64,000 nucleotides of DNA, from IMG/VR virus record IMGVR_UViG_3300048579_000065; one strand, given 5' to 3'. Below are positions 55,235 through 63,999 of this stretch, piece after piece. This stretch comes from a virus. Every line of letters starts with the position of its first letter. The stretch's first letter is position 1. The translations under genes and the position numbers were made by a program. A model generated the notes under the pieces. That model saw only the letters and a program-made list of their open reading frames with translations, did not search any database and had not been told where the DNA came from.

Positions 55235-55530
55235 ACCTTCTCCACAGACACTATTCTTATATCCCCATCCTTAAAGAAAACAACATCTGAGTAAGGTGTT
55301 TCATCTTCATTTGTACATAAAGTAATGTGGTCATACAGTGAGCCGGATTCCTCAACATTTATTAACCATATACCATCCTCAACCCCATCAATGATCTTAC
55401 CATAGTGAGTGTTTAGTACAGTCCCATCACTCATTATGATCCTCAAATCTGTGTCATAACAGTCTATTGAGTCACTAATTTGTCCTGTAAACTGTATTAC
55501 ATCATCGGAATAGCCAAAAACCTTAGTCAT
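55231..55530 (-). CDS. hypothetical protein
   Basis: KVFGYSDD pattern. Confidence 0.6.
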   Translation of the reverse strand: MTKVFGYSDDVIQFTGQISDSIDCYDTDLRIIMSDGTVLNTHYGKIIDGVEDGIWLINVEESGSLYDHITLCTNEDETPYSDVVFFKDGDIRIVSVEKV

Positions 55531-55819
55531 AATCTAATATTTCCTCTGCTAATGGGTAGTAAAGTTTAGCCTTAGCTAGTTGTTGGCTAGCAAACTGTTG
55601 GAAAGTCCTACAATTGTTCTGCTTATAGACTCTATCTCTATTTGCATGGAAGTAGCCCCGCAATGGTCCTAGAATACATACAGGACAATACTTTACAGCA
55701 GCATTCATCTTATCCTTTAGACTTATAGGCTTTGTAACCTCGGTGCTAGCCCATTCAACATAATTAGGAGTAAGACCAACTCCATTACAGCAGCTAGCAA
55801 CCTCTCTACTTGTCTCCAC
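55523..55819 (-). CDS. Cys-containing hypothetical protein
   Basis: ORF track. Confidence 0.5.
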   Translation of the reverse strand: METSREVASCCNGVGLTPNYVEWASTEVTKPISLKDKMNAAVKYCPVCILGPLRGYFHANRDRVYKQNNCRTFQQFASQQLAKAKLYYPLAEEILDYD

Positions 55820-55877
55820 TTTGCTATACTATCCTTATAGGGGTTTACAGGTCTAATCATACAACAAAGGTGATCTA

Positions 55878-56963
55878 GTGTCAAGTACTTATGTAGTAGG
55901 AAAGCCAAAAATTGTTAATAAGGAATTATTCCTAAAAAGAGCTTCTGAGATTCTAGATTCAGGCTCTTGGGGTAATAACTCTACATATGTTTTAGCCCTT
56001 GAAGATTATATTAAAGAGTACTTAGGCTGTAAACATGTAATAGCTGTAAACTCAGCAACGACGGGGCTAGAATTAGCAATACAAACTCTTAAGGAGTTTG
56101 AGCTATTTGAGAATCCTACTTGTCTTATACCTTCCTTTACCTTCACTGCTACAGCATCAGCCTTAGTGAGAAATGGAATAAAGATTGAGTTTGGAGACAT
56201 TGATAATAATTTCTGCCTAAATAAGTCTAATACTGACAACATTACCGCTGACTTCTTTCTTCCAGTTAATCTGTTTGGAGAAACATGCCATCCTGATATA
56301 CAAGATGACAGCAGGAGTCTACTATTTGATCAGGCTCATTCAATTGGGGTCTTTAATGAAAGAACTGGTAAGTATTTAGGGGCTGACACTGAACTTAATT
56401 GTTTCAGTCTTCACTCAACTAAGATGGTTTCAGCCGGAGAGTGTGGCTTCATCACTACTTCTAGAGATGATTATGCTGAATATCTGAAAGAGCTTAGAAA
56501 CTTTGGCTATGACAGTAATTCAGGAGCTAGAGAAGGTGATGTTATTCACATAGGTACTAATGGTAAAATCTCTGAAATCACTGCTGCATTGGCACTTACC
56601 CAGCTTGAAAATATACAAGAGATTCAGGAACACTACTTTAATGTTCACCAAGAGTATGAAAGATTGTTACCAAACTTAATTAAGCAAAAGAATAATATGT
56701 TTAGTAACTGGTCTTATGTTGTTGTTCAGGTGGATGCTAGAAAAAGAGATAGTATTATTAGCAGAATGAACCAAGATGGTATTTTTCCTAGAACTTATTT
56801 TAAGCCTTTACATCACATGTCAGTATATAAAGAAAACATTAATCTTCCAATGACTAACAAAATAAGTTCTGAAATTATGTGTCTACCAACAGGTTTAACT
56901 ATTAGTTTAGAAGATGTGCAGTACATATCAAGGAGTTTAGCCAATGCAATCAAGGAAGGTTAA
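55878..56963 (+). CDS. DegT/DnrJ/EryC1/StrS PLP-dependent sugar aminotransferase
   Basis: VNSATTGL, PSFTF.AT, DQAHS.G, FSLHSTK (PLP Lys), GECG...T, GTNGKISE. Confidence 0.93.
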   Translation: MSSTYVVGKPKIVNKELFLKRASEILDSGSWGNNSTYVLALEDYIKEYLGCKHVIAVNSATTGLELAIQTLKEFELFENPTCLIPSFTFTATASALVRNGIKIEFGDIDNNFCLNKSNTDNITADFFLPVNLFGETCHPDIQDDSRSLLFDQAHSIGVFNERTGKYLGADTELNCFSLHSTKMVSAGECGFITTSRDDYAEYLKELRNFGYDSNSGAREGDVIHIGTNGKISEITAALALTQLENIQEIQEHYFNVHQEYERLLPNLIKQKNNMFSNWSYVVVQVDARKRDSIISRMNQDGIFPRTYFKPLHHMSVYKENINLPMTNKISSEIMCLPTGLTISLEDVQYISRSLANAIKEG

Positions 56964-57198
56964 TAAATCAGCTGAGGCAATGGAAGAGTCTCAAGATTTG
57001 GGGCTAGACCGGATGTCTGAATATGCTCAATGCATGAAAGTACTGATAGGCACTATTCATGATCTAAAGGAAGTAGGAGTTAGCCAATCGGTAGCTGTCA
57101 CTGTAGCTCAAGAGGCTATGGATTCTTTCCTCAACTATAGAGCTTTAATTGCTGCTCCACAAAGTTTGCTAGGCATGATAGAAGATGATCAGCATTAA
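56944..57198 (+). CDS. hypothetical protein
   Basis: co-oriented with the DegT gene. Confidence 0.5.
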   Translation: MQSRKVNKSAEAMEESQDLGLDRMSEYAQCMKVLIGTIHDLKEVGVSQSVAVTVAQEAMDSFLNYRALIAAPQSLLGMIEDDQH

Positions 57199-57377
57199 CG
57201 TAAAACCCTTAACTTAGCCTTCTCAAAATCATAGATCATAATTCTAATATTAGACAGGGCTAACATTAACTCTTCTATACTAGAATCATCATTACACATA
57301 TCTACTAGCGAGCCAATGTCTCTTAGTAGCTTTTTAGCAGCCCAAACTTCTTGGTAATCATTTCTTATGTTAGACAA
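57195..57377 (-). CDS. hypothetical protein
   Basis: ORF track. Confidence 0.5.
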   Translation of the reverse strand: MSNIRNDYQEVWAAKKLLRDIGSLVDMCNDDSSIEELMLALSNIRIMIYDFEKAKLRVLR

Positions 57378-57736
57378 TTTAGATCCTTTAATTCTTTGAT
57401 AACTTCATATTTCATCAAAGATACAAAATTCCCGCCACAATTCACATTATTATTTAATGTTGTTAAAAAACATATAAAGTAAATCTTCCTATTATGAAGC
57501 ACTACAAACCTTCTCTTATCTCCTGTAGGATCATCAACATAATTTACAAGGAAAACTCCATTATCATAATCATACAAAGTTTTAGGTTTTTGAGCCTTCT
57601 TTGCAGCTAAGAGCCTATTTAGACCTGCAATTTTATCCTCTAAATTAGCTATTTCATCTTCTAATGAAACCTTTTCTGGCTTAGCACTGCCAATAGACTC
57701 ATAGTAGCTTTCTGGACTATCTGTATCTCCATACAT
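57365..57736 (-). CDS. hypothetical protein
   Basis: ORF track. Confidence 0.55.
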   Translation of the reverse strand: MYGDTDSPESYYESIGSAKPEKVSLEDEIANLEDKIAGLNRLLAAKKAQKPKTLYDYDNGVFLVNYVDDPTGDKRRFVVLHNRKIYFICFLTTLNNNVNCGGNFVSLMKYEVIKELKDLNCLT

Positions 57737-58104
57737 TATTTATTCAATCTCCTTTCATCAGCAATACATTCTAACATAGCCATGGCTAGTTTTTCACTAG
57801 CATCCTTATAATCACAGTCAAAGGTTATAGCATGGTTGGCTATCTGAACAGTAAATAGTGGCCTGACTCCTGATGTAAACCTGACTATACCATTATGGTT
57901 CTTTCTAAACTTCTCTATAAGTTCAAAGGTTAGGTCTAGCCCGTCTGTATAATGCTTAGGAAACCAACCATTCTTGGCTTTCCATCTAGTAGTCTTAAAA
58001 CAAGCATGAAGTTTTAGCATGTCAGCCTTAATCTTACAAACCTTGAGGGCTAGATTAAGATTAAGTATGTTGAATCCTTTGGTTACTTTGTTCTTTATGC
58101 TCAA
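57736..58104 (-). CDS. hypothetical protein
   Basis: ORF track. Confidence 0.55.
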   Translation of the reverse strand: MSIKNKVTKGFNILNLNLALKVCKIKADMLKLHACFKTTRWKAKNGWFPKHYTDGLDLTFELIEKFRKNHNGIVRFTSGVRPLFTVQIANHAITFDCDYKDASEKLAMAMLECIADERRLNK

Positions 58105-58187
58105 TGTCTGCTACCTGTTCTTGTTTAGTTTGCTTTTGTTTAGAGTTTCCTCTAGGACCATCACCTGGCAGATAACCATTTAAGGTT

Positions 58188-58400
58188 TTAATCTTTCTCT
58201 TCTTTCTTTTGTGATTCATTTACTGCTTTCTCCACTTCATCTAGTGACCAACTACAATCATTTAGCGCGGCTGATAACACTATCTCACCAACTCTATCAG
58301 GATTGGTTCCTAGAGCCTTAGACATTATTACAAGCTTATCATACAATTTTTCATCAATATTAAGTACTAGCATTGCCATTCCATCCTCTATAGGTTCCAT
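58188..58400 (-). CDS. ribbon-helix-helix-like small protein
   Basis: LVLNIDEKLYDKL..MSKALG. Confidence 0.35.
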   Translation of the reverse strand: MEPIEDGMAMLVLNIDEKLYDKLVIMSKALGTNPDRVGEIVLSAALNDCSWSLDEVEKAVNESQKKEEKD

Positions 58401-58409
58401 AATTACTCC

Positions 58410-59003
58410 TTATTTGATTGCATCTACATAAAATGAAAACTTAGTTCTAACAGGGTCCATACTATCAATAGAAGGATCAGGCCAAGACTTGTTTACTTGG
58501 CTAAACCCAACAAACTTGGCTATAGCTTCAAACTTATCTTGATCCCAATTACTCTTATGTTCGTTACAAGGCTCAGGATCATATTGATAGTTAGACCATT
58601 CTACAATATCAATGAAAGTTCTGTATCTAGCATCTGAGAAGTCATTCCAATTGAATATCTCATAGAACTTCCAATCTTTCTCTACATAAGCTCTATAGAG
58701 TTGAAAGAAGTCAGGCAGGCAAACTCTAAATACTCCTCCTGGAACCATTTTGCTAAAGCATTCCTGCATTAGTTTAATAGCATCGGGGGTCTTTATGTGC
58801 TCCAAAACATGAGATGAATATACATAAGATATATTTTCTACTTGTTCTGGTAAACCATTCTTAACAAAATCCCACATTAAATATTCTTCCTTATCTTGTA
58901 AGTCAAGAATATCAAGGTTTAGGAAGCCTTCCTTAAGTTGTGTGTGGCAACCTAAGTGTACTTTATTCCATCTTCTATTTAAGTCTGTCATTATCCCTCT
59001 CAT
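58410..59003 (-). CDS. class I SAM-dependent methyltransferase (glycan-cluster type)
   Basis: VHLGC....EGFLNLD, YSSHVLEHI, M.PGG.FRV.LPD. Confidence 0.85.
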   Translation of the reverse strand: MRGIMTDLNRRWNKVHLGCHTQLKEGFLNLDILDLQDKEEYLMWDFVKNGLPEQVENISYVYSSHVLEHIKTPDAIKLMQECFSKMVPGGVFRVCLPDFFQLYRAYVEKDWKFYEIFNWNDFSDARYRTFIDIVEWSNYQYDPEPCNEHKSNWDQDKFEAIAKFVGFSQVNKSWPDPSIDSMDPVRTKFSFYVDAIK

Positions 59004-59181
59004 CTATTATCTCATACTTACAAGTCTTATCATCTAGCGCGTCAAAGTCTTCAGGATGTATTAGCACATGACCAAAGGCATGTGAAACTGCTCCTTTAGT
59101 AGCCTTTTCAGTAACAAGTATTGCTCTTATTCCTATACCACAATCATTATAGGATTTAATTATGTCTTGTAGTTTAGTCAT
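58975..59181 (-). CDS. hypothetical protein
   Basis: ORF track. Confidence 0.5.
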   Translation of the reverse strand: MTKLQDIIKSYNDCGIGIRAILVTEKATKGAVSHAFGHVLIHPEDFDALDDKTCKYEIIDERDNDRLK

Positions 59182-59773
59182 CTTTCTTTACTGGTTTATC
59201 CAAGTGTTTAAGTGCTTGTAGTGTATCTTTCCATAATCCAGCCGGGGCTAGCTCTGGATCTACCCATATCCTCCAATCTTCACCATCATGTGTAGTTATG
59301 ACCCATTCTCCATAACAATTCTTAGCAATCTCACTTCCATTGTGGAATCTACTTAATATGTCTCCAATCTGCTCCAGTCTAGATTGCTTATCTGATTTAA
59401 GTCTTTTAATCTCAGCCCTGAGTTTTAAGATCTCTCCATGCTGAGCCTTCCTAATTAGTTTACCACGTTCATAATAGTGTCTAATCTTAAATAGTAAATC
59501 TCTAGTCTCAAAGTAAAGACCTCTATAAAAATCACTGTAATTTAATGTGTGCTTTCTACTTAGTCCACCATTACTATACAAGCATTTTATGGCATTTGCT
59601 ACACCATGATAATAACTACCTTTTCTATCCTTACACCAACCATGTTTAGGATCACCTATATAAAAATAACCATGAGTTTTCTTTACAAGCTTTGCTAATT
59701 CCTCAGCCTCATCATTAGTAATTTTTTGAGGTTTAGGCTTGAACTTATTTAACAGGTTATCAAGTATTGTCAT
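59174..59773 (-). CDS. hypothetical protein
   Basis: ORF track. Confidence 0.6.
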   Translation of the reverse strand: MTILDNLLNKFKPKPQKITNDEAEELAKLVKKTHGYFYIGDPKHGWCKDRKGSYYHGVANAIKCLYSNGGLSRKHTLNYSDFYRGLYFETRDLLFKIRHYYERGKLIRKAQHGEILKLRAEIKRLKSDKQSRLEQIGDILSRFHNGSEIAKNCYGEWVITTHDGEDWRIWVDPELAPAGLWKDTLQALKHLDKPVKKDD

Positions 59774-60036
59774 GAGATTACATCCATTAATTCAGTGAAT
59801 TGCTTATTTTGGCTAGTAATGAAATCAACAATAGCACCTCTAGTATCTGAGTTCATAATAAACTTACCATTTAAGGTTTCAATTCTATACCTTGACCAAA
59901 GTGCAGCAATTGAGAAATTAAAACCTCTAAACTCTATTCTACCTAAACAGTATGTAGGATCTGATCCTGATTTAAGAGACATTTCCCATCTCTTATCCAA
60001 TTCACTAAGTACATTATCTAGTGTGTTATATTCCAT
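59770..60036 (-). CDS. hypothetical protein
   Basis: ORF track. Confidence 0.55.
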   Translation of the reverse strand: MEYNTLDNVLSELDKRWEMSLKSGSDPTYCLGRIEFRGFNFSIAALWSRYRIETLNGKFIMNSDTRGAIVDFITSQNKQFTELMDVIS

Positions 60037-60364
60037 TTATTACCTCAGCAGCATCATCACATAAACCATTTGTAATAACCATACACTTTCTACAATACCT
60101 AGCTGGCCATGACATATGATCAAGGTGTATTGTTAATGGCCTACCTGTTCCATACATTATAACCTCTTCACCATCAATGTCAATTGGATTAGGGCAGAAA
60201 CAAGTAAATCTTTCAGGAGTTTTCTTACTTAGAATGCCATTTTTCCAGTGAGCCTCTTCCTCAGTTTTAACAATTAAAGGAAATACTGAGCCTCCTGTAC
60301 CATCATAGTATAGATAGCCAATTATTTCATCTCCTACTTTAGCTTTGGCTATTTCCCAACTCAC
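60026..60364 (-). CDS. hypothetical protein
   Basis: YDGT pattern; CFC and CRKC. Confidence 0.55.
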   Translation of the reverse strand: MSWEIAKAKVGDEIIGYLYYDGTGGSVFPLIVKTEEEAHWKNGILSKKTPERFTCFCPNPIDIDGEEVIMYGTGRPLTIHLDHMSWPARYCRKCMVITNGLCDDAAEVINGI

Positions 60365-61163
60365 TTGTTAAGTACTCCCTCTTACATCCATTTGCTATCC
60401 ATTCCTTTACTAGCTGGTCAAGTCTTACAGACTCTTCTCTATTCTTATTGTTAATTCCTACAGAGTCTCTGTAGACTGAAAGTGACTCATTCATCCAACC
60501 TATCTTAGCTCCATTATAACACAAGTAGGCAAAGAGAGGGTGATCACCTAGATAAGAAAATTTCTTACTAAATTCTAGCGGGCTAGGAGCCTTTCTTATC
60601 AAATCTGCCTTACATAGAAAGCTACAAGTATAAATTGTGTTCATCTCCATAAGTCTTTGAACAGTTACAATTTTCTCCTGCCAACACGTTTTACTCCAAG
60701 CTTCCTTAATATAAGTACCATCAGGAAGTATGCAATCTACATCACCATGTACACCATCCAAGTTGTTTTCCTCGATAAATTCAAGACTTTTAGCCAGCTT
60801 GCCAGGCTTATAGTAGTCATCAGGTTCAAGGATAGTTATATACTGTCCTGTAGCCATTGATAGTGCTAAACTCATGCTAGCAGGGCCACCTAAATTCTCA
60901 GAATTTATATGAATCTTAAAGTTATTATTCTTGGCAAAGTACTTATCATTCCTTTCATAATCATGATCCCATCTCATGCTCCATAAGAAATTGGCTGTGC
61001 TATAAGACTCTCTTTCAGTCTTCTCATCTATTACTAGACAAACCTCTATGTCATACTTGTCAGTATCTAGACTGTCAAATTGACACATAATACCTTCATA
61101 CCAATCCTTAAGGTACTTAGTTTGATTGTGAGTAGCTGAGCAAATTGAGATTAACTCTTTCAT
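60339..61163 (-). CDS. GT-A (GT2) glycosyltransferase
   Basis: ISIC.AT.N..KYL, NLG......AL..ATG.YI..LEPDD. Confidence 0.85.
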   Translation of the reverse strand: MKELISICSATHNQTKYLKDWYEGIMCQFDSLDTDKYDIEVCLVIDEKTERESYSTANFLWSMRWDHDYERNDKYFAKNNNFKIHINSENLGGPASMSLALSMATGQYITILEPDDYYKPGKLAKSLEFIEENNLDGVHGDVDCILPDGTYIKEAWSKTCWQEKIVTVQRLMEMNTIYTCSFLCKADLIRKAPSPLEFSKKFSYLGDHPLFAYLCYNGAKIGWMNESLSVYRDSVGINNKNREESVRLDQLVKEWIANGCKREYLTSELGNSQS

Positions 61164-61399
61164 TTCTCACCAAGGAATATTTTAACTTGATTCAGCAAAG
61201 ATCTCATTTCAACACACTTATTGTCATATCTCTGCTTCCATTTAGTGGCTGTAGCCTCCTCACTTCTCTTATCCACCTCACCCCTACAGTTTTTACAAAC
61301 AAAGAACATACCACAACTACCTTTTCTCACAAGATCATCAACTTGTGATCTAAGTTTGTTATTTTCTTCCATTAACTTTAATTCATCTTGAGTATACAT
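61160..61399 (-). CDS. hypothetical protein
   Basis: ORF track. Confidence 0.5.
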   Translation of the reverse strand: MYTQDELKLMEENNKLRSQVDDLVRKGSCGMFFVCKNCRGEVDKRSEEATATKWKQRYDNKCVEMRSLLNQVKIFLGEK

Positions 61400-61403
61400 T
61401 AGG

Positions 61404-61730
61404 CTAAACTACTACCTCAGTTAAGCCAGTTTCCTTATAAAACTTAATCCTTTCCTTCTCATCAGTATCATTAATTTGATTTTGATTTCTAAATGAAACT
61501 TCCATACTGTGGTAGCTACCACTATGATTAATTTCTGGTTTTCTGAAAACAAAGCCTTCAGCAGCATTACCAAACAGATCCTCTGCTTTAATATAATCTC
61601 CCTTCTTAAGGAAGTTTAGATCAAAGTTCTTAAGCTTAATCATACTACTTTGTTGCCAAATATAGAAAGCTTCAGCCAAAACATTATGTTCTACACCATC
61701 ATGTGTAACTTTCATTTCAAATTCACTCAT
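61404..61730 (-). CDS. hypothetical protein
   Basis: ORF track. Confidence 0.5.
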   Translation of the reverse strand: MSEFEMKVTHDGVEHNVLAEAFYIWQQSSMIKLKNFDLNFLKKGDYIKAEDLFGNAAEGFVFRKPEINHSGSYHSMEVSFRNQNQINDTDEKERIKFYKETGLTEVVV

Positions 61731-61732
61731 TT

Positions 61733-62503
61733 TTAATATCCTCTCTTCATGTCAATATACAGTCTTTCATTTAATGCTGGAACTGAACTATAACCTAGTA
61801 TAGCACGTTCTTTGGCTGAAAGATCCTTATAAATTTCTTTAGGTAAAGCTTCTGTTATCTGGAAAGCTTGTTTAATCCACCATCTACAGAATGTTGCTAT
61901 AATACTCCATCTAGATTTTTCAGTCTTATTTGCTAAGGTTCCATGGATTAGTGAGCCTGTCCACATAATGACATCTCCTGCATTAGCTTCTACAGCTACC
62001 ATAGGCTCTGTACCATCAGCATACTTGCCTTTAAGATGACTTCCAGGGCTAACAACAGTACAACCATTATCTAGTGTAGAATCTTCAAGGAAGATAGCAA
62101 CCTGCATAGTCAGGAACTCTTTATCAGAAGGATAAGGTACAAAGCTATCAATATGGTTAGGTAAGGCAGTAGGGCCAGTAGACCTAGCTGAATATGAACG
62201 TAAAATATAATTAGGTAGATAGTCAGGAATTGCAGCATAGTACTTATCATTAAGGAAATACTTTAATATTTCTTCTACAGCTTGAGACTTAAATAGCATT
62301 TGTGTGAACCATCTATCCTTAGACTCAAGATTGTAGATGTTCCTGGCTATCCTGTTAAGCCTTGGTATTGTTAGATCATCAGGGCTAGGCAATCCAGGAT
62401 CTAAAGACTTAATCATCTCAAGAGTCTTGGCCACTTCATCCTTAGAGTAAACATTCCATAGTTTACAATAACCATTTATTTGTAATGATTCAATAGGTGT
62501 CAT
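61733..62503 (-). CDS. PhyH-family 2OG-Fe(II) dioxygenase
   Basis: HID, IFLED....NGCT...PGSH, AGDV..W.G..IHG, distal Arg. Confidence 0.88.
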   Translation of the reverse strand: MTPIESLQINGYCKLWNVYSKDEVAKTLEMIKSLDPGLPSPDDLTIPRLNRIARNIYNLESKDRWFTQMLFKSQAVEEILKYFLNDKYYAAIPDYLPNYILRSYSARSTGPTALPNHIDSFVPYPSDKEFLTMQVAIFLEDSTLDNGCTVVSPGSHLKGKYADGTEPMVAVEANAGDVIMWTGSLIHGTLANKTEKSRWSIIATFCRWWIKQAFQITEALPKEIYKDLSAKERAILGYSSVPALNERLYIDMKRGY

Positions 62504-62504
62504 T

Positions 62505-63350
62505 TTACTCCTTCCACGTTTTTACAAGAAGAATATTTCTTATTGTAACATCAGTTACATTATAAATCCTTGCTATGTGGGTAAAGTTATCATTACTAGT
62601 ATACTTAGATCTTATTTCATTAATTTGTGCATCAGATAATTTTGCATTACAATTTCTATTACGCTTGTGCTCTAATTGTCTTGGTAAACCATCCCACTCA
62701 GTTTTGATATGTGACCATGTTTCACAATATACTGCTTTTAACATTGTTGCATGAGATACATTATACTTCTTGGATAAGGAGTTAATGCTACTTAAGTCTT
62801 TGAAATGCTCCTTTCTGCAACTCTTTACTATCTCATCTGTAAGCTTGGCACCGGACATGCTCTCACCCTTAACTGGATTATGTCTATTTTTAGATAACAT
62901 ATCTTGTACATTATCTTGATGAGTACCTAGAAAAAGATGCTCAACATCAACACATACCTTATTGTCACATTTGTGACAAACCAATAACCCATTAGGTATA
63001 TAACCATTTTTTAGTGTCCAAGAATACCTGTGTGCCCACCATAACTTCCTGTCTACAAATACTTGTCCATAACCACTATGATGAACCTTTCCCTGCCACT
63101 CCAAGCAACCATTTTCCACATTCCTTACTGTTGATCTAAAAAATTGTTCTTCAGTTATTGTTTTTGATTTATAAGAACATTTTGTACTACAGAAGATTCT
63201 TCCTGTTGAATTTTTTCTTCTAAACATCCTATCATTATAATAAGATGTTGTTGCTAAAAATGGTTCTCTACATTGAAAACAATGTACTAAAACTGCTCGT
63301 TTCTTTCTATTTCTTTTATTTTTACTTTTAGGATCAAATTTAACTTTCAA
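62505..63350 (-). CDS. HNH homing endonuclease (free-standing)
   Basis: CLEWQG...SGYG, AHRYSW, VCHKCDN..CV...HLFLGT..DN. Confidence 0.88.
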   Translation of the reverse strand: MKVKFDPKSKNKRNRKKRAVLVHCFQCREPFLATTSYYNDRMFRRKNSTGRIFCSTKCSYKSKTITEEQFFRSTVRNVENGCLEWQGKVHHSGYGQVFVDRKLWWAHRYSWTLKNGYIPNGLLVCHKCDNKVCVDVEHLFLGTHQDNVQDMLSKNRHNPVKGESMSGAKLTDEIVKSCRKEHFKDLSSINSLSKKYNVSHATMLKAVYCETWSHIKTEWDGLPRQLEHKRNRNCNAKLSDAQINEIRSKYTSNDNFTHIARIYNVTDVTIRNILLVKTWKE

Positions 63351-63999
63351 CTAATACATACTCCATATTGCTTGGTTTTGGATTAAATACAAAATTACTA
63401 TTACCATTCTTATAATCTCTGTATTCTGGATCAAAGTATTTACTTTCTGGATATGAAAGTGACCATGCACAATGAAACAATTCAAGCTCCCTAATCTTAA
63501 CTGCTCCTCCCCTACCCCTTGCTAAATCCATTATACCAGAATCTAATGAGTTTCGAGATGTTCCATGGTATGTAAAGAAAAACTCTGTATTAAGAACCAT
63601 ACCCCAGATACCAAAGTTACAATCTTCTGAGCTAAAGCCCCTTCCAGCTGGAAGATAATTTTCCATTGAAAGATTAAATCCAGTAACAACCCAGCCCTTT
63701 TTGTGGTATTCCCTAGAAAGTGCTATCCAATCTCCATTTTCAGGGATTATTAAATCACAATCGCTCATACAGAATAGTTTGGTTTTAGGTCTAAAGTCTT
63801 CTATAGACTTCATTAAACAGTAGCCAAAACCGTTCTCCTTAAACTCTAACATCCTCTTAACTAAGCCTAATCTAATAAGCCTCCTTACATACTTCCTTAT
63901 TTCAGTTGTTCCAGAATTAGGCAAAGTATCATTTGGGCTAACAAAGGTTATCTCTATAGGCTCACTAGCTGTTCTAATAAACGAGTTAAGTGAGTCTCT
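63340..63999 (-). CDS. GT-A-like glycosyltransferase, 5'-partial
   Basis: frame open to the window edge (DSLNSFIRTASEPIEITFVS); SDCD DxD motif; late H in LFHCAW. Confidence 0.5.
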   Translation of the reverse strand, partial: RDSLNSFIRTASEPIEITFVSPNDTLPNSGTTEIRKYVRRLIRLGLVKRMLEFKENGFGYCLMKSIEDFRPKTKLFCMSDCDLIIPENGDWIALSREYHKKGWVVTGFNLSMENYLPAGRGFSSEDCNFGIWGMVLNTEFFFTYHGTSRNSLDSGIMDLARGRGGAVKIRELELFHCAWSLSYPESKYFDPEYRDYKNGNSNFVFNPKPSNMEYVLVES

